A stretch of DNA of 64,000 nucleotides from Malacoraja senta (taxonomy: Eukaryota), in assembly GCA_038087875.1 (NCBI GenBank), contig CM075999.1:2792001-2856000 (forward strand), written 5' to 3'. Position numbers and translations under genes: made by a program. How positions within the stretch are numbered: position 1 is the first letter of the stretch; each line of letters begins with the position of its first letter. This document shows positions 11,139 to 23,253 of this stretch, piece after piece. The notes below the pieces were generated by a model, which was given only the letters and a program-made list of their open reading frames with translations, had not been told where the DNA came from and searched no databases.

Positions 11139-13490
11139 AGGCCATTCGGCCCATACAGTCTACTCCACCATTCAATCATGGCCGATCTATCTTTCCCTCT
11201 CAATCCCATTCTCCTGCCTTCTCCCCAAAACTCTTGACACCCGTACTAATCAAGAATCGATCTATCTCCGCCTTTAAAAAAAATCCATTGACTTGGCCTC
11301 CACAGCCGTCTGTGGCAATGAATTCCACAAATTCACCACCCTCTGACTAAAGAAATTCCTCCTCATCTCCTTCCTAAAGGAACGTCCTTTAATTCTGAGG
11401 CTGTGCCCTCTGGTCCTAGACTCTCCCACTAGTGGAAACATCCTCTCCACATCCACTCTATCCAGGCCTTTCACTATTCGGTAAGTTTCAATGAGGTACC
11501 CCCTCATCCTTCTAAACTCCAGCGAGTACAGGCCCAGTGCCGGCAAACGCTCATCACAGTTGCTCGCACGGTCTATGTGGCACTCATTCTAGTTCAGTCT
11601 AACTATCTCCTGTCCACGTTCTCCAGAGATGCTGCCTGACCCGCTGAGTTACACCAGCACTTTGTGTCCACCTAGTTTAGTTTATTGTCACGTGTACCGA
11701 GGGACAGTGAAAACCTTCTGTTGCGTGCTATCCAGTCAGCGGAAAGACAATACATGATTACAATCGATCCATTTACATGATCAATGGAATAACGTTTAGT
11801 GCAAGGATTCTATTAGATGTGGGAGCACATTTTGAGTGAGAGTCACAAGCGAGTGTTAATGGTTTTGCATAGATGGGATGTGCTTGGGTAGTTATTGTTA
11901 ATGGCTGCTGAGACAATAGACAATAGACAATAGACAATAGACAATAGACAATAGGTGCAGGAGTAGGCCATTTGGCCCTTCGAGCCAGCACCGCCATTCA
12001 ATGTGATCATGGCTGATCATTCCCAATCAGTACACCGTACCTGCCTTCTCCCCATATCCCCTGACTCCGCTATTTTTGAGCCCTATCAAGCTCTCTCTTG
12101 AAAGTATCCAGAGAACCGGCCTCCACCGCCCTCTGAGGCAGAGAATTCAAAAGGCTCACCACTCTCTGTGTGAAAAAGTGTTTCCTCGTCTCCATTCTAA
12201 ATGCCTTACCCCTTAGTCTTAAACTGTGGCCCCCGGTTCTGGACTCCCCCAACATCGGGAACATGTTTCCTGCCTCTTCTAGCGTGTAGTGACTCTTCTC
12301 AGAGTGCTGCAGCCCTGCTGGTCAGGGCACTCACACAACATCTTACAAGAATGATCCCAGGAATGAGTGGGTTAACATATGATGAGCGTTTGACAGCTCT
12401 GGGCCTGTACTCGCTGGAGTTTAGAAGAATGAGGGGGGACCTCATTGAAACTTACAGAATAGTGAAAGGCCTGGATAGAGCGGATGTGGGGAGGATGTTT
12501 CCACTGGTGGGAGAGTCTAGGACCAGAGGTCACAGCCTCAGAATGAAAACTTGCTCTTTTAGAAAGGAGGTGAGGAGGAACCTCTTTAGATACATAGATA
12601 CATAGATACATAGAAAATAGGTGCAGGAGTAGGCCATTCGGCCCTTCGAGCCTGCACCGCCATTCAATATGATCATGGCTGATCATCCAACTCAGTATCC
12701 CGTACCTGCCTTCTCTCCATACCCCCTGATCCCTTTAGCCACAAGGGCCACATCTAACTCCCTCTTAAATATAGCCAATGAACTGGCCTCAACTACCCTT
12801 TAGTCAGAGGGTAGTTAATCTGTGGAACTCATTGCCACAGAGGGCTGTGGAGGCCAAGTCAGTGGATATTTTTATGGCAGAGATAGATAGATTCTTGATC
12901 AGTACGGGTGTCAGAGGTTATGGGGAGAAGGCAGGAAAATGGGGTTAGGAGGCAGAGATCAGATGAATGGCGGAGTAGATTCGATGGGCCGAATGGCCTA
13001 ATTCTACTCCTGTAACCAGTGACCTTGTGAACACTTATCCTTGCACGCTATGTGTTGGGAAGCGGGGACCTCTGCTGTTCATTCCCTGCCAATGCGACTG
13101 TCACATCCATAGCAAGCAAGAGATTCAGTGTAGGGAGGAACTGCAGATGCTGGTTCATACCGAAGATAGACACAAAACGTTGGAGTAACTCAGCGGGACA
13201 GGCAGCATCTCTGGAGCGAAGGAATGGGTGAATAGGTGAGCAAGAAATTTAGATTAGAGAGTTGTGAGTCTGTGGAATTCTCTGCCTCAGAGGGTGGTGG
13301 AGGCCGGTTCTCTGGATGCTTTCAAGAGAGCTAGATAGGGCTCTTAAAAATAGCGGAGTCAGGGGATATGGGGAGAAGGCAGGAACGGGGTACTGATTGG
13401 GGATCATCAGCCATGATCACATTGAATGGCGGTGCTGGCTCGAAGGGCCAAATGCCTACTCCTGCACCTATTGCCTATTGGTTTCTAGAT
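11139..13490. mobile_element. Cluster of nested 3' fragments of several CR1 subfamilies on both strands
   Basis: Repeated LGLYSLEFRRMRG.LIE / TRGH / FF.QRVV.LWNSLP frames with (GACAATA)n, (CATAGAAA)n and (CATAGATA)n tails. Similar fragments occur throughout, e.g. 15010-15455, 19400-20385, 21213-21800, 41750-42255, 46277-46690, 53355-53772, 58495-59125. Confidence 0.85.
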
Positions 13491-13571
13491 ATACAGCATG
13501 GAAACAGGCCCTTCAGCCCACGTTCAAAAATGCCTAATTATTTGGATACGTAGTTTTGTTTTAGAGATACT

Positions 13572-13791
13572 GCAGGCCCCATAGCAGAAGCATCCACGTG
13601 GCGGGGCTGGAAACTGGACGTATCCTGAGCTAATTCCGCTACCACCATCATCTACTGCGACAAGTGATGGCTCCCACTGATTGTCGCCGGAAGCTCGCGT
13701 CCTTTTCAGGACGGACGATGACAGCGAGGTCCACATTTGTAACGGGATGGACACGGAAAGAAGAAGAAGCAGAAGAAGAAGAAGCAGAAGA
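13572..13791 (+). mobile_element. 220-bp non-autonomous retroelement (Vingi/Ingi-like) with (GAA)n tail and 9-bp TSD
   Basis: TSD AGAGATACT (13563-13571 and 13792-13800); 3' end TGGACACGGAAAGAAGAAGAAG...; inserted in the tail of a minus-strand SINE. Confidence 0.75.
13575..13641 (+). ncRNA. Candidate HDV-like ribozyme
   Basis: Hand fold: P1 GGCCCC/GGGGCU (G1-U), P2 UAGCAGAA/UUCCGCUA (1 mismatch), P3 GCA/GGC (1 mismatch), L3 UCCACGU, P1.1 CC/GG, short P4 GGA..UCC, J4/2 GCUAA with candidate catalytic C13630. Confidence 0.7.
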
Positions 13792-16162
13792 AGAGATACT
13801 ATGGTGTGGAAACTGTCTCCACTCCCTACACACCAGGGGAATTTACAGAGGGCCAATTAATCTAAAAACCCACACGTCTTTGGGACGTGGGAGGAAACCG
13901 GAGCACCCGGAGGAAACCCATGTGGTCACGGGGAGAACGTGCAAACTCCACTCAGACAGCACCCGAGGTGAGGATCGAACCCGGGTCTCCGATGCTGTGA
14001 GGCAGCAACTCTACCCGCTGCGCCACCGCGCTGCCCATGCACTATCTGACCATTTGTCCCATAATCCCTTCCATGTGTACGTAGCTATATCAATATCATT
14101 TAAACATAGTCATAGAGTGGTACAGTGCAGAGACAGGCCCTTCGGCCCGACTTGTCCATGCTGACCAAGTTACGCTGGTCCCACCTGCCCGCATTTGACC
14201 GACATCCCTCTAAACCTTCCCTATCCATGTACCTGTCTAAATGTCTTGTAAACGTTGTGATAATACCTGCCTCCGCCACATCTGTATTCCCACCCACCGT
14301 CCCAGGTTCGATCCTGACTACGGGCGCTGTCTGTACGGAGTTTGTACGTTCTCCCCGTGACCTGCGTGGGTTTCCTCCCACACTCCAAAGACGTACAGGT
14401 TCGTAGGTTAATTGGCTTCTCTAAATTGTCCCACGTGCGTGTAGGATAGTGCTACTGTACGGGGTGATCGCTGGTCGGTGGGCCGGAGAACCTGTATCAC
14501 TCCTGAGTCACAGTGGAAAGAACCCCCAGGCCAATGGTATGCGCCCTAACTCTGAGTAAATAGGCCGTATCCGTGACTCAGTCATTAAGGGTGACAATCC
14601 AAGCCCAGTTTTGTTAGAGGTGTTTGATTTGTCTTGTGGCTGTGGAGTTCCTTGTTTTATTAATTACCTTCATGTGTGATCATAGTGCACAAAGTGTGGG
14701 CCTTCCACGGGATATCCTCCAATCTATCGCACTTTATGTTCTTCCCTTTGCGGGGAACAGATCTGAAAGAAGAAAATAACAATGTGCTGGAGATGTGTAT
14801 CTTTACACAGAGGGTGGTGGGTGCCTGGAACGTGCTGGCAGGGGGTGGTGATGGAGGCAGATACGATAGTGGCGTTTTACAGGCTTTTAGATAGGGACAT
14901 TGAGGTGCAGGGCATAGAGGGATATGGATCACGCGCAGGCAGATGGGATCAGAAATCATCAGGTCCGCCACAAACATGTGAATTGATAAGTTTATAAGTT
15001 CCAGGAACAGAATTGAGCCATTCGGCCCATCAAGTCTACTCCGCCATTCAATCATGGCTGAACTATCTTTCCCTCTCAACCACATTCTCCTGCCTTCTCC
15101 CCGTAACCCCTGACACCCGCACTAATCAAGAATCTATCAATCCCCACCTTAAAATCGTCACAGCCGTCTGTGGCAATGAATTCCACAGATTCACCACCCT
15201 CTGACCAAAGAAATTATTTCTCATCACCTTTCTAAAGGTACGTCCTTTTATTCTGAGGCTGTGGCCTCTGGTCTTACATTCTCTCACTAATGGCAACATC
15301 CTCTCCACATCCACTCTATCCAAGCCTTTCACTATTCGGTAAGTTGCAATGAGGTCCCCCCTCATCTTTCTAAACTCCAGCAAGTACGGGCCCAGTGCCG
15401 TCAAACGCTCATCAAATGTGAACCCACACATTCCTGGGATCATTCTCGTAAACCATCCCGTGTTTGACTTTTGTGGGCCGAAGGTTCCCGTTCCTGTGCT
15501 GTACTCTTCTGTGTTCTCTATCGTGGCTACTGAAATATAGGAAGTGCGCTGAATCAGAAATCCAGAAAATAAACCTGGTGTGCAAATTTAGCCACGTTCA
15601 TCCCCCTCCGAGTAAACAAAATGTGTTCTTTGGAAAGTTTATCATAATAACCATGTGAATTCCTTTCCACATTAATAGCGCTGATTAATTATCTACTTAG
15701 ACACGTGGAAATCACTCTGGAGACATGACAATAGAATCTATGTTGTGTGATGGATCGGGATCTTCTTGCGTAGGATATTGATGAGGAGAGTTCAGTTTGA
15801 CAATACCACACCAAACGAATTGCAATGTACCTTCAAAGAATCAATTCTCTCAAAATGGATGTGTAGCCACGGGTAGCACGGTGGCGCAGCGGTAGAGTTG
15901 ATGCCAAGAATTCGAACCCGGCTACGGGTGCTGTCTGTACAGAGTTTGTACGTTCTCCCTGTGACCTGCGTGGGTTTTCTCTGAGATCTTCAGTTTCCTC
16001 CCACACTCCAAAGACGTGCAGGTTTGTAGGTTAATTGGCTTGTGTTTGTATACTTGGTATAAGTGTAAATTGTCTCAAGTGTGTGTAGGCTTGTGTTAAT
16101 GTGCGGGGATCGCTGGTCGGTGAGGTGTCGGTCGGCCGAAGGGCCTGTTTCCGCGCTGTATC

Positions 16163-16658
16163 TAGGGGTTGCCAAACTGTCCCGTATTAGCCGGGACATC
16201 CCGTATTTTGGGCTAAATTGGTTTGTCCCGTACAGGACCGCCCTTGTCCCGTATTTGACTGCTACTACTCGGGTCGAGGGGGCTGTCGGGTCGGAGCGCC
16301 GCGTCCGGCCCCCGCCTCACCCATCCCGACGTAGTGCAGCTCATGGAGTGCAGCAGCAGCACCTCGCCTGGCAAAACCGGCCAGCTGTCCGACCTTCAGA
16401 CCTTCGCTTACCGCCGACACCACCACCCCTCCTTCTCATGGCTGATCATCGGTTCATGAGTTGGATGGGATGCTGGACTTTGCGGGCCAAAACTCCTCAG
16501 CTGGCCCGCCGGCTGGGCTTTGCGTGCAGTCCAGCACCCGGGGCCAACTCATCATTCACCCAGCCATGGCCGAGTCGATCAACGTATTGCCGTCTGGAAT
16601 TTGTCCCATATTTTGACTTTTTGTCCCTTATTTGGGAGTGAGAAAGTTGGCTACCCTA
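16163..16658. mobile_element. Non-autonomous hAT-like DNA transposon, 8-bp TSD (duplicate at 27086-27579)
   Basis: TIRs TAGGGGTTGCCAA / GTTGGCTACCCTA; perfect TSD GCTGTATC (16155-62 and 16659-66); subterminal TGTCCCGTA repeats. Confidence 0.85.
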
Positions 16659-16959
16659 GCTGTATCTGTAACCTAAACGAAACTAACAAAGCTAGCCTTG
16701 GTCAACCGTTACCAGAACAATGTGGAGGCTCCGGTTCAATGGTGCAATGGCATTTTATTTCTCACACGTGCAACCGCATGGTGAAATTCTATTTGCATAT
16801 TTACACATATGAGCGCCGCCATGTTTTGCCGCCATTTCCTAAGTCTGGTCGGCCCGCGAGCTCGGTCTACTGGAGCAGTTCCCGATCCAGGCGAGCCCCA
16901 GGCTCCTGCAGGGCCTTCCACCGTCGCCATCGACCGAATCGGTCCGCGAACCGACATCC

Positions 16960-17185
16960 CTCCCCCCTCTTCTCCCTTCTCCACTCCCCTCTCCCCTCCT
17001 CCTCCCCTCCTCTCATCTCCTCTCTCCTCCCCACTCCCCTCTTTTCCTCTCCTCCTCTCCTCTCCCCTCATCTCATCTCTCCTCTCCCCTCCCCTCCTCT
17101 CCCCTCCCCTCCTCGCCTCCTCTCCTCTCCTCTCCCCTCTTCTCTTCCCCTCTCCTTTTCCCCTCCTCCTCTCCCCTCTCCTCGC
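16960..17185. repeat. CT-rich polypyrimidine tract (duplicate ~27880-28105)
   Basis: (CCTCT/CCCCT)n. Confidence 0.9.
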
Positions 17186-18024
17186 CACCCGGGGTGCCGC
17201 CGACCTTGAAGGAGAGGGTGCGGAAAATGTTTACCAAAAGCTCCAGTTTCTTCCCACACTCCAAAGACGTACAGCTTGGTAGGTTAATTGGCTTTGTTAA
17301 AAAGAATTGTAAATTGTCCCTAGTGTGTAGGATAGTGTTCGTGGCCGGGGGTGAATGCTGGTCGGCGCGGACTCGGTGGGTCAGGGGCCTGTTTCCACGC
17401 TGTATCTCTAAAGTCTAAAGAAAACTGAAATCAAGGCATAATTTACTTGCCACCAACAGATGGTGTCCTTCTGCCGTTTGTCTAATCCTTTCCACATTAA
17501 ACTCATGTTTAGCTTTATTGGCCAACGCAAGAATTCACAGCAAGAAAAGATTCTTACTTTTGGTACATAAGGTTCCTTTCTTCTGGATTTTTGATTTAAA
17601 CAACCCTGGCCACGCTCTCATCTCACCACTGCCATCGGAAGAAGGTGCAGGAGCCTGAAAACTGTGAGTCCAGGTTCAGGAACAGCTTCTTCCCTACAGC
17701 CATCAGGCTATTAACACAACAACCTCCAAACACGTTCTGAACTACATAGACTTGGGGGAAGACAAAATGTTTAGGAAAGAAACTGCAGATGCTGGTTTAA
17801 ATCGAAGGTAGACACAAAATGCTGGAGTAGCTCAGTGGGACAGGCAGCATCTCTGGAGAGAAGGAATGGGTTACGTTTCGGGTCGAGACCCCTTCGTCAG
17901 ACTTGACTTGGGGAAATTGGTTTTGTCTTTATTGCACTATTATTATTTGTCTGTTTGTTTTTATGTGTATGTGTGTATAAAATATACACACTATACACAC
18001 ACTCACATATATATATATACTGTA

Positions 18025-19258
18025 TTAGACTAAGTGGGACCCGTATTCACACAGGAGGGCTGGTCCCCCAATGCAATATTCCACCTCTCCACCAATTCCA
18101 ATATTGTGGCCAGTGGGGGGGGGGGGGCTTTCTGGAGCGCTAGTATGGGTGTTGTGGGCTGAAGGGACTGGTTTCCAGAGGGCTAGTATGGACATTGTAG
18201 GCCGAATGGATTCTTGGGCTGGCAGCTCAGTCACTCAAGCAGGGTGCAAGGCCACCAAATTCAAGTGCAGTTTCTTACCACTTCAAGCAGGGTGCAAGGC
18301 CACCAAATTCAAGTGTAGTTTCATACCATTCAAGCAGGGTGCAAGGCCACTAAAGACAGCGAGTCGTGACCTCTCCATCTTGCAGAGACTGAGCCCCGGC
18401 CCACACTTCTGGGTTTTATAGTCCCTCCCCCCCTACCACCAGAAGGGGCATGGCCTTCATGGCATGATTGTCAGGAGAGAGAATCTCAACATTTTTAAAA
18501 CACTAATAACTCTTTTATTTTTCATCAATGGGAAAAATCCCTTGGCACCTGATGAGCAGAGCGGGACTCTGAGTAAGATGGCCAAAAATCACAGCCGTAC
18601 GTTGTAGCGTTTTTTCTAAAGTCAATATAAAGCGCAAACCGGAAGTGGTCAAGATTAGACTTTTAATTATATAGGTAAGGCAACTTTAATTAGGCACGGC
18701 AACTTTAATTAGGCAAGGTAACTTTAATTAGGCAAGGCAACTTTAATTAGGCAACACAGCATTAACATTTCCAAACCAAAGGCAACACAGCTTTAGCATT
18801 TCCAAACCAAATGCAACACAGCTTTAGCATTTCCAAACCAAAGGCAACACAGCTTTAGCATTTCCAAACTATATTTTCAAACCACATTAAGGGCACTGAC
18901 AGGCCAGTAAAACCACTCACAGTTTAGTGGACATGTGTTCAGTGTATTCACAGCTCAGACTGAGAGACGTGACCCTCTCGCTCCCCATCTTGCAGAGACT
19001 GACTGAGGCCACTCAACGCTTCCGAGTTTTATAGTCCCTCCGGAAGGGGCGTGGCCTTCAGGAGAGAGAATCTCAACATTTTTTAAACACTAATAACTCT
19101 TTTATTTTTCATCGATGGGAAAATCCTCTTGCCTGCGCAGCGGAGGGGGGCTCTGAGTAAGATGGCCAAAAATCACAGCCGTAAGTGGCAGCGTTTTTTC
19201 TAATATCAATATATAGAACAACAGGAAGTGGTCAAGATCAGACTTTTAGTAATATAGA
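18025..19258 (-). mobile_element. Non-autonomous Helitron-like element with internal tandem repeats (duplicate at 28945-30181)
   Basis: Minus strand begins A|TCTATATTACTAAAAG and ends GGGTCCCACTTAGTCTAA|T (CTRR, AT target). Both ends resemble those of 3010-3567. Internal 19-bp, 31-bp and ~48-bp arrays and a ~300-bp direct repeat. Confidence 0.7.
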
Positions 19259-20489
19259 TAGATATATATTGATTTTGATATATTTTATATATAATATATT
19301 TTATTATATTGTTTACAGATACTACATTTACATATTCTGTGTGGCAGCAAGTAAGAATATCATTGTTCTTTTTAGACATATGACAATAAAACACTCTCTA
19401 AACCTGTCCTATCCATGTACCTGTCCAAATGTTTCTTAAACGTTGCGATAGTCCCTGCCTCAACTACCTCCTCCGGCAGCTCATTCCATACACCCACCAC
19501 CTTTTGTGTGAAAAAGTTACCCTCAGGTTCCTACTAGAGTTAGATAGAGCTCTTAAAGATAACAGAATCAAGGGATATGGGGAGAAGGCAGGAACGGGGT
19601 ACTGATTGTGAATGATCAGCCATGATCACATTGAATGGCGGTGATGGCTCGAAGGGCCGAATGTTAAACCTAGGTCCTCTGGTCCTCGATTCCCCTACTC
19701 TGGGCAAGAGATTCTGTGCGTCTACTCGATCTATTCCTCTCATGATGTTGTAAACCTCTATAAGATCACCCCTCAATCACCTGCGCTCCAAGGAATAGAG
19801 TCCTAGCATGCTTAACGCCCCTACATGGTTAGTGAGTTAGCAGATAAGTGGAATCTGAAATAATTGGTAACATTGTCAGTGGAGAAGATTATCAAGAATT
19901 GGAGGAGAATCTTGGTCAACTGGGTAAGTTTGCCAAGCAATGGCAAATGCAGTTTAATTGGGATAGGTGTGAGGTGTTGCAATTTGGGAAGTTAGATACA
20001 TGGATAATAATAATAATAATAATAATGGATGGGATTTATATAGCGCCTTTCTAATACTCAAGGTGCAGGAGTAGGCCATTCGGCCCTTCGAGGCAGCACC
20101 GCCAGTCAATGTGATCATGGCTGATCATCCCCAATCAGTACCCCCTTATAGCCTTCTCCCCATATCCCTGGATTCTGCTATCTTTAAGAGCCCTATCTAG
20201 CTCTTTCTTGAAAGCATCCAGAGAACCTGCCTCCACTGCCCTCTGAGGCAGAGAATTCCACAGACTCACCACTCTCTGTGAGACCAGCATCTGGGTAGAG
20301 TCAATAGACAATTTTACAATAGGTGCAGGAGTAGGCCATTCGGCCCTTCGAGCCAGCACCGCCATTTCAATGTGATCATGGCTGGTTAGAGTCCTAATTG
20401 AGTCCTGGTTAGAGTCCTGACAGATTCCCAATTCAGTCCTGGATAGAGTTTAAACAAAACAATTGATTGAGTGGAGAGAAGCCATTTAC

Positions 20490-20629
20490 AGGGCGCTGGG
20501 ACTTCGAGTGACCAACCCGCTGGAAGTGGGCGGGGAGGGAGCGCCGGCGCTGGGCGGGGCGGAGGGAGGAGGGAGCGCCCGGCAGACCAATTTCAGGCGC
20601 TCCCTCAGTCTCTGTGCCTCCGGCGAGAC
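20490..20629 (+). promoter_or_regulatory. GC-rich proximal promoter/5'UTR of the DCBLD-like gene (second copy ~31415-31554)
   Basis: CpG-rich unique sequence directly before the ATG, with GGGCGG GC-boxes at ~20528 and ~20552-20562 and CCAAT at 20587. Confidence 0.55.
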
Positions 20630-20711
20630 ATGTCGGTGGCGTTGAACCTGCGCCGCCTGCTCGCCCTCTCCACTGCGCTCAGTCTCCCAGGTCTTGTGCG
20701 GGGACAGCTCG
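20630..20711 (+). CDS. DCBLD1-like: DCBLD-family gene, coding exon 1 (signal peptide), copy A within the duplicated block
   Basis: ATG at 20630 gives MSVALNLRRLLALSTALSLPGLVRGQL+G, a hydrophobic signal peptide. It ends at a phase-1 donor G|GTGAGT that joins in frame to GDGCGH of the CUB exon at 41196, the same junction as in DCBLD1 (..EEL-GDGCGH). GC-rich upstream region. Confidence 0.8.
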
Positions 20712-22695
20712 GTGAGTAGATGCTCTGGGTCAGTGTTTGTATGTGGGAGGGAGAAGGGGGAATCGTGGAGGATTGCATTGATTTTTTTTCCCCATGCATA
20801 CAGTGAGATACACTCAGAAAGAACAATTTCCAAGATAAATAATCTTTCAGCATTTTCTTGCACCTTAATGGTTGGGTTTTTTAAGGCAAAACAAAAAATT
20901 GGTGCATTGGTGCTTTTCAAAGAACATGCAAGCAACTTTAAGCCGATTAATAATTTACTAGTAAAGGTGTTGGGGGAAAAATAATAGAGTGCTGGTTAAT
21001 TTACCAGCTACAAGCCCGGGGAACAGGCAGCGACTGAAAGGAGGTTTAGTCCTGACAGACTGGGATAGATGGCACACAGTGTTAAGTAGGGTGCCACAAG
21101 TTTGCAGATACCTTTAGACTTTGGAAAAGTTCGTGCGATCTGGCATGTGTGTGTGTGTGTGTGTTTGGGAGTAAAGTTTGATGTGTGCTTGCTTCCCCCC
21201 TCCCTCCTCCAGATGTAGGAAAAATGTTCCCAATGTTGGGGCGAGTCCAGAACCAGGGGCCACACAGTCTTAGAATAAAGGGGAGGCCATTTAAGACTGA
21301 GGTGAGAACAAACGTTGTCACCCAGAGAGTTGTGAATTTGTGGAATTCCCTGCCACAGAGGGCAGTGGAGGCCAAGTCACTGGATGGATTTAAGAGAGAG
21401 TTAGATAGAGTTCTAGGGGCTAGTGGAGTCAAGGGATATGGGGAGAAGGCAGGCACGGGTTAGAAACATAGAAACATAGAAAATAGGTGCAGGAATAGGC
21501 CATTCGGCCCTTCGAGCCTGCACCGCCATTCAATATGATTCATGGCTGATCAACCAACTCAGTATCCCGTACCTGCCTTCTCTCCATACCCCCTGATCCC
21601 CTTAGCCACAAGGGCCACATCTAACTCCCTCTTAAATATAGCCAATGAACTGGCCTCAACTACCTTCTGTGGCAGAGAGTTCCAGAGATTCACCACTCTC
21701 TGTGTGAAATTGATAGGGGACGATCAGGTATGATCACAATGAATGGCGGTGCTGGCTTGAAGGGCCGAATGGCCTCCTCCTTCACCTATTTTCTATGTTC
21801 CTCCGTCAGATCGTTCTGCTTTAATAATCCAACTCTTTCGTGGGTGATAATTACCGAGCGCTCCCCATTACAAACGTCTGTAGCTGAAGGTATTGTGCAG
21901 GAAGGAACTGCAGGTGCTGGTTTACACCAAAGATAGACACAGAATGCTGGAGCAAAGTCACCCTTGCTTTCCCCCTCTCTCTCTCTCTCTCTCTCTCTCC
22001 ATCCCTCCCCCATCCGAGTTCTACGACCAGTTTGACTGTCCAACTGATTAAATTTTTAAGAAGGAACTGCAGATGCTGGTAAATCGAAGGTAGACAAAAA
22101 TGCTGGAGAAACTCAGCGGGTGAGGCAGCATCCATGGATGCTGCCTCAACCGCTGAGTTTCTCCAGCATTTTTGTCTACCTACTGATTAAATTGTAATCT
22201 TTGTATTTTCCCCCCCAGCTTACAATTATCTATTCTGAAGAAGGGTCTCGACCCGAAAGGCCACCCATCCCTTCTCTCCAGAGATACTGCCTGTCCCGCT
22301 GAGTTACTCCAGCATTTTGTGTCTATCTTCAATTGAAGGAGGTGACTTTGTTTCTGTATTGGAGGGGAACAGAAGGGAGTTATTATTATTAGCAGGGACC
22401 TGCAGTTCCTTCCTACACATTTTGTCTGCTCCACTGCGAAATCTCCTCAATGTATGCCTACCTACAAGACTAAGGATCAGTACGGGCGTCGGGGGAGAAG
22501 GCAGGAGAATGGGGTTAGTAGGGAAAGATAGATCAGCCATGATTGAATGGCAGAGTAGACTTGATGGGCCGAATGGCCTAATTGTACTCCTATCACTTAA
22601 GAGTTCTCCTCCACTCTCTGGGATTCTCCAACACTCCTTCTCGTTTCAGTTCCGTACCTTTTCATCCCTCTCGTTTCTCTCTCCCCTGACTCAGT

Positions 22696-22723
22696 CTGAA
22701 GAAGGGTCTCGACCCGAAACGTC
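22696..22723 (+). ncRNA. Minimal type-I hammerhead-like motif in a Penelope-like element fragment (representative)
   Basis: CTGAAGA-A-GGGTC-TC-GACCC-GAAA-CGTC. Intact cores also at 33619-33646(+), 28795-28822(-), 39925-39952(-), 47500-47527(-) and 51120-51147(-). Confidence 0.55.
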
Positions 22724-22948
22724 ACCTATTCCTTCTCTCCAGAGATGCTGCCTGTCCCGCTGAGTTACTCCAGCATTTTGTGTCTATCTTCGGTGCATCT
22801 GCAGTTCCTTCCTCGGCAGAATTAAATATATATAGATCTGGATGTGAGACTTTGAGGGGAAACCTGAGAGAATTGTATAAAATTATGAGAGGCATAGATG
22901 GAGAGTATAGTCAGAACTTTTTTCTTCAGGTTGGAAATGTCAAATAGA

Positions 22949-23253
22949 GGGTGGCACGGTAGCGCAGCGGTAGAGTTGCCACCTCACAGAGCAGAGACCA
23001 GGGTTCGATCCTGACCACGGGTGCTGTCTGTACGGAGTTTGTACGTTCTCCCCGTGACCACGTGGGTTTTCTCCGGGTTCTCCGGTTTCCCTCCCACACT
23101 CCAAAGACGTGCAGGTTTGTAGGTTAATTGGTTTCGGTAACATTGTAGATTGTCCGTAGCGTGTGTAGGATAGTGTTAGTGTGCGGGGATCGCTGGTCGG
23201 CGCGGACTCGGTGGGTCGAAGGGCCAGTTTCCACGCTGTATCTCTAAACTAAA
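22949..23253 (+). mobile_element. tRNA-derived V-SINE (HE1-like), representative full-length copy; dozens of copies in the window
   Basis: A box TAGCGCAGCGG, B box GGTTCGATCC, V-domain GGAGTTTGTACGTTCTCCCCGTG...TTTCCCTCCCACACTCCAAAGAC, CR1-like tail GGGTCGAAGGGCC...CTAAACTAAA. Other copies include ~417-698, 4598-4880, 5990-6270(-), 8838-9110, 38228-38523(-), 48163-48450, 49820-50129, 52660-52973(-), 54420-54718, 61292-61593. Confidence 0.88.

Noticed and set aside
16735..16960. Apparent promoter (octamer ATTTGCAT, CACGTG, two YY1-like GCCGCCAT motifs) and a minus-strand MAA start
   Set aside because: On the minus strand it runs into an AATTTCAC...GTGAGAAATAAA LINE-type tail like the one at ~60620-60660, so it is better explained as a GC-rich retroelement. 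No splice-supported exon.
22949..23020. tRNA-like sequences with A/B boxes (many copies)
   Set aside because: These are SINE heads continuing into the V-domain and LINE-like tail, not tRNA genes.
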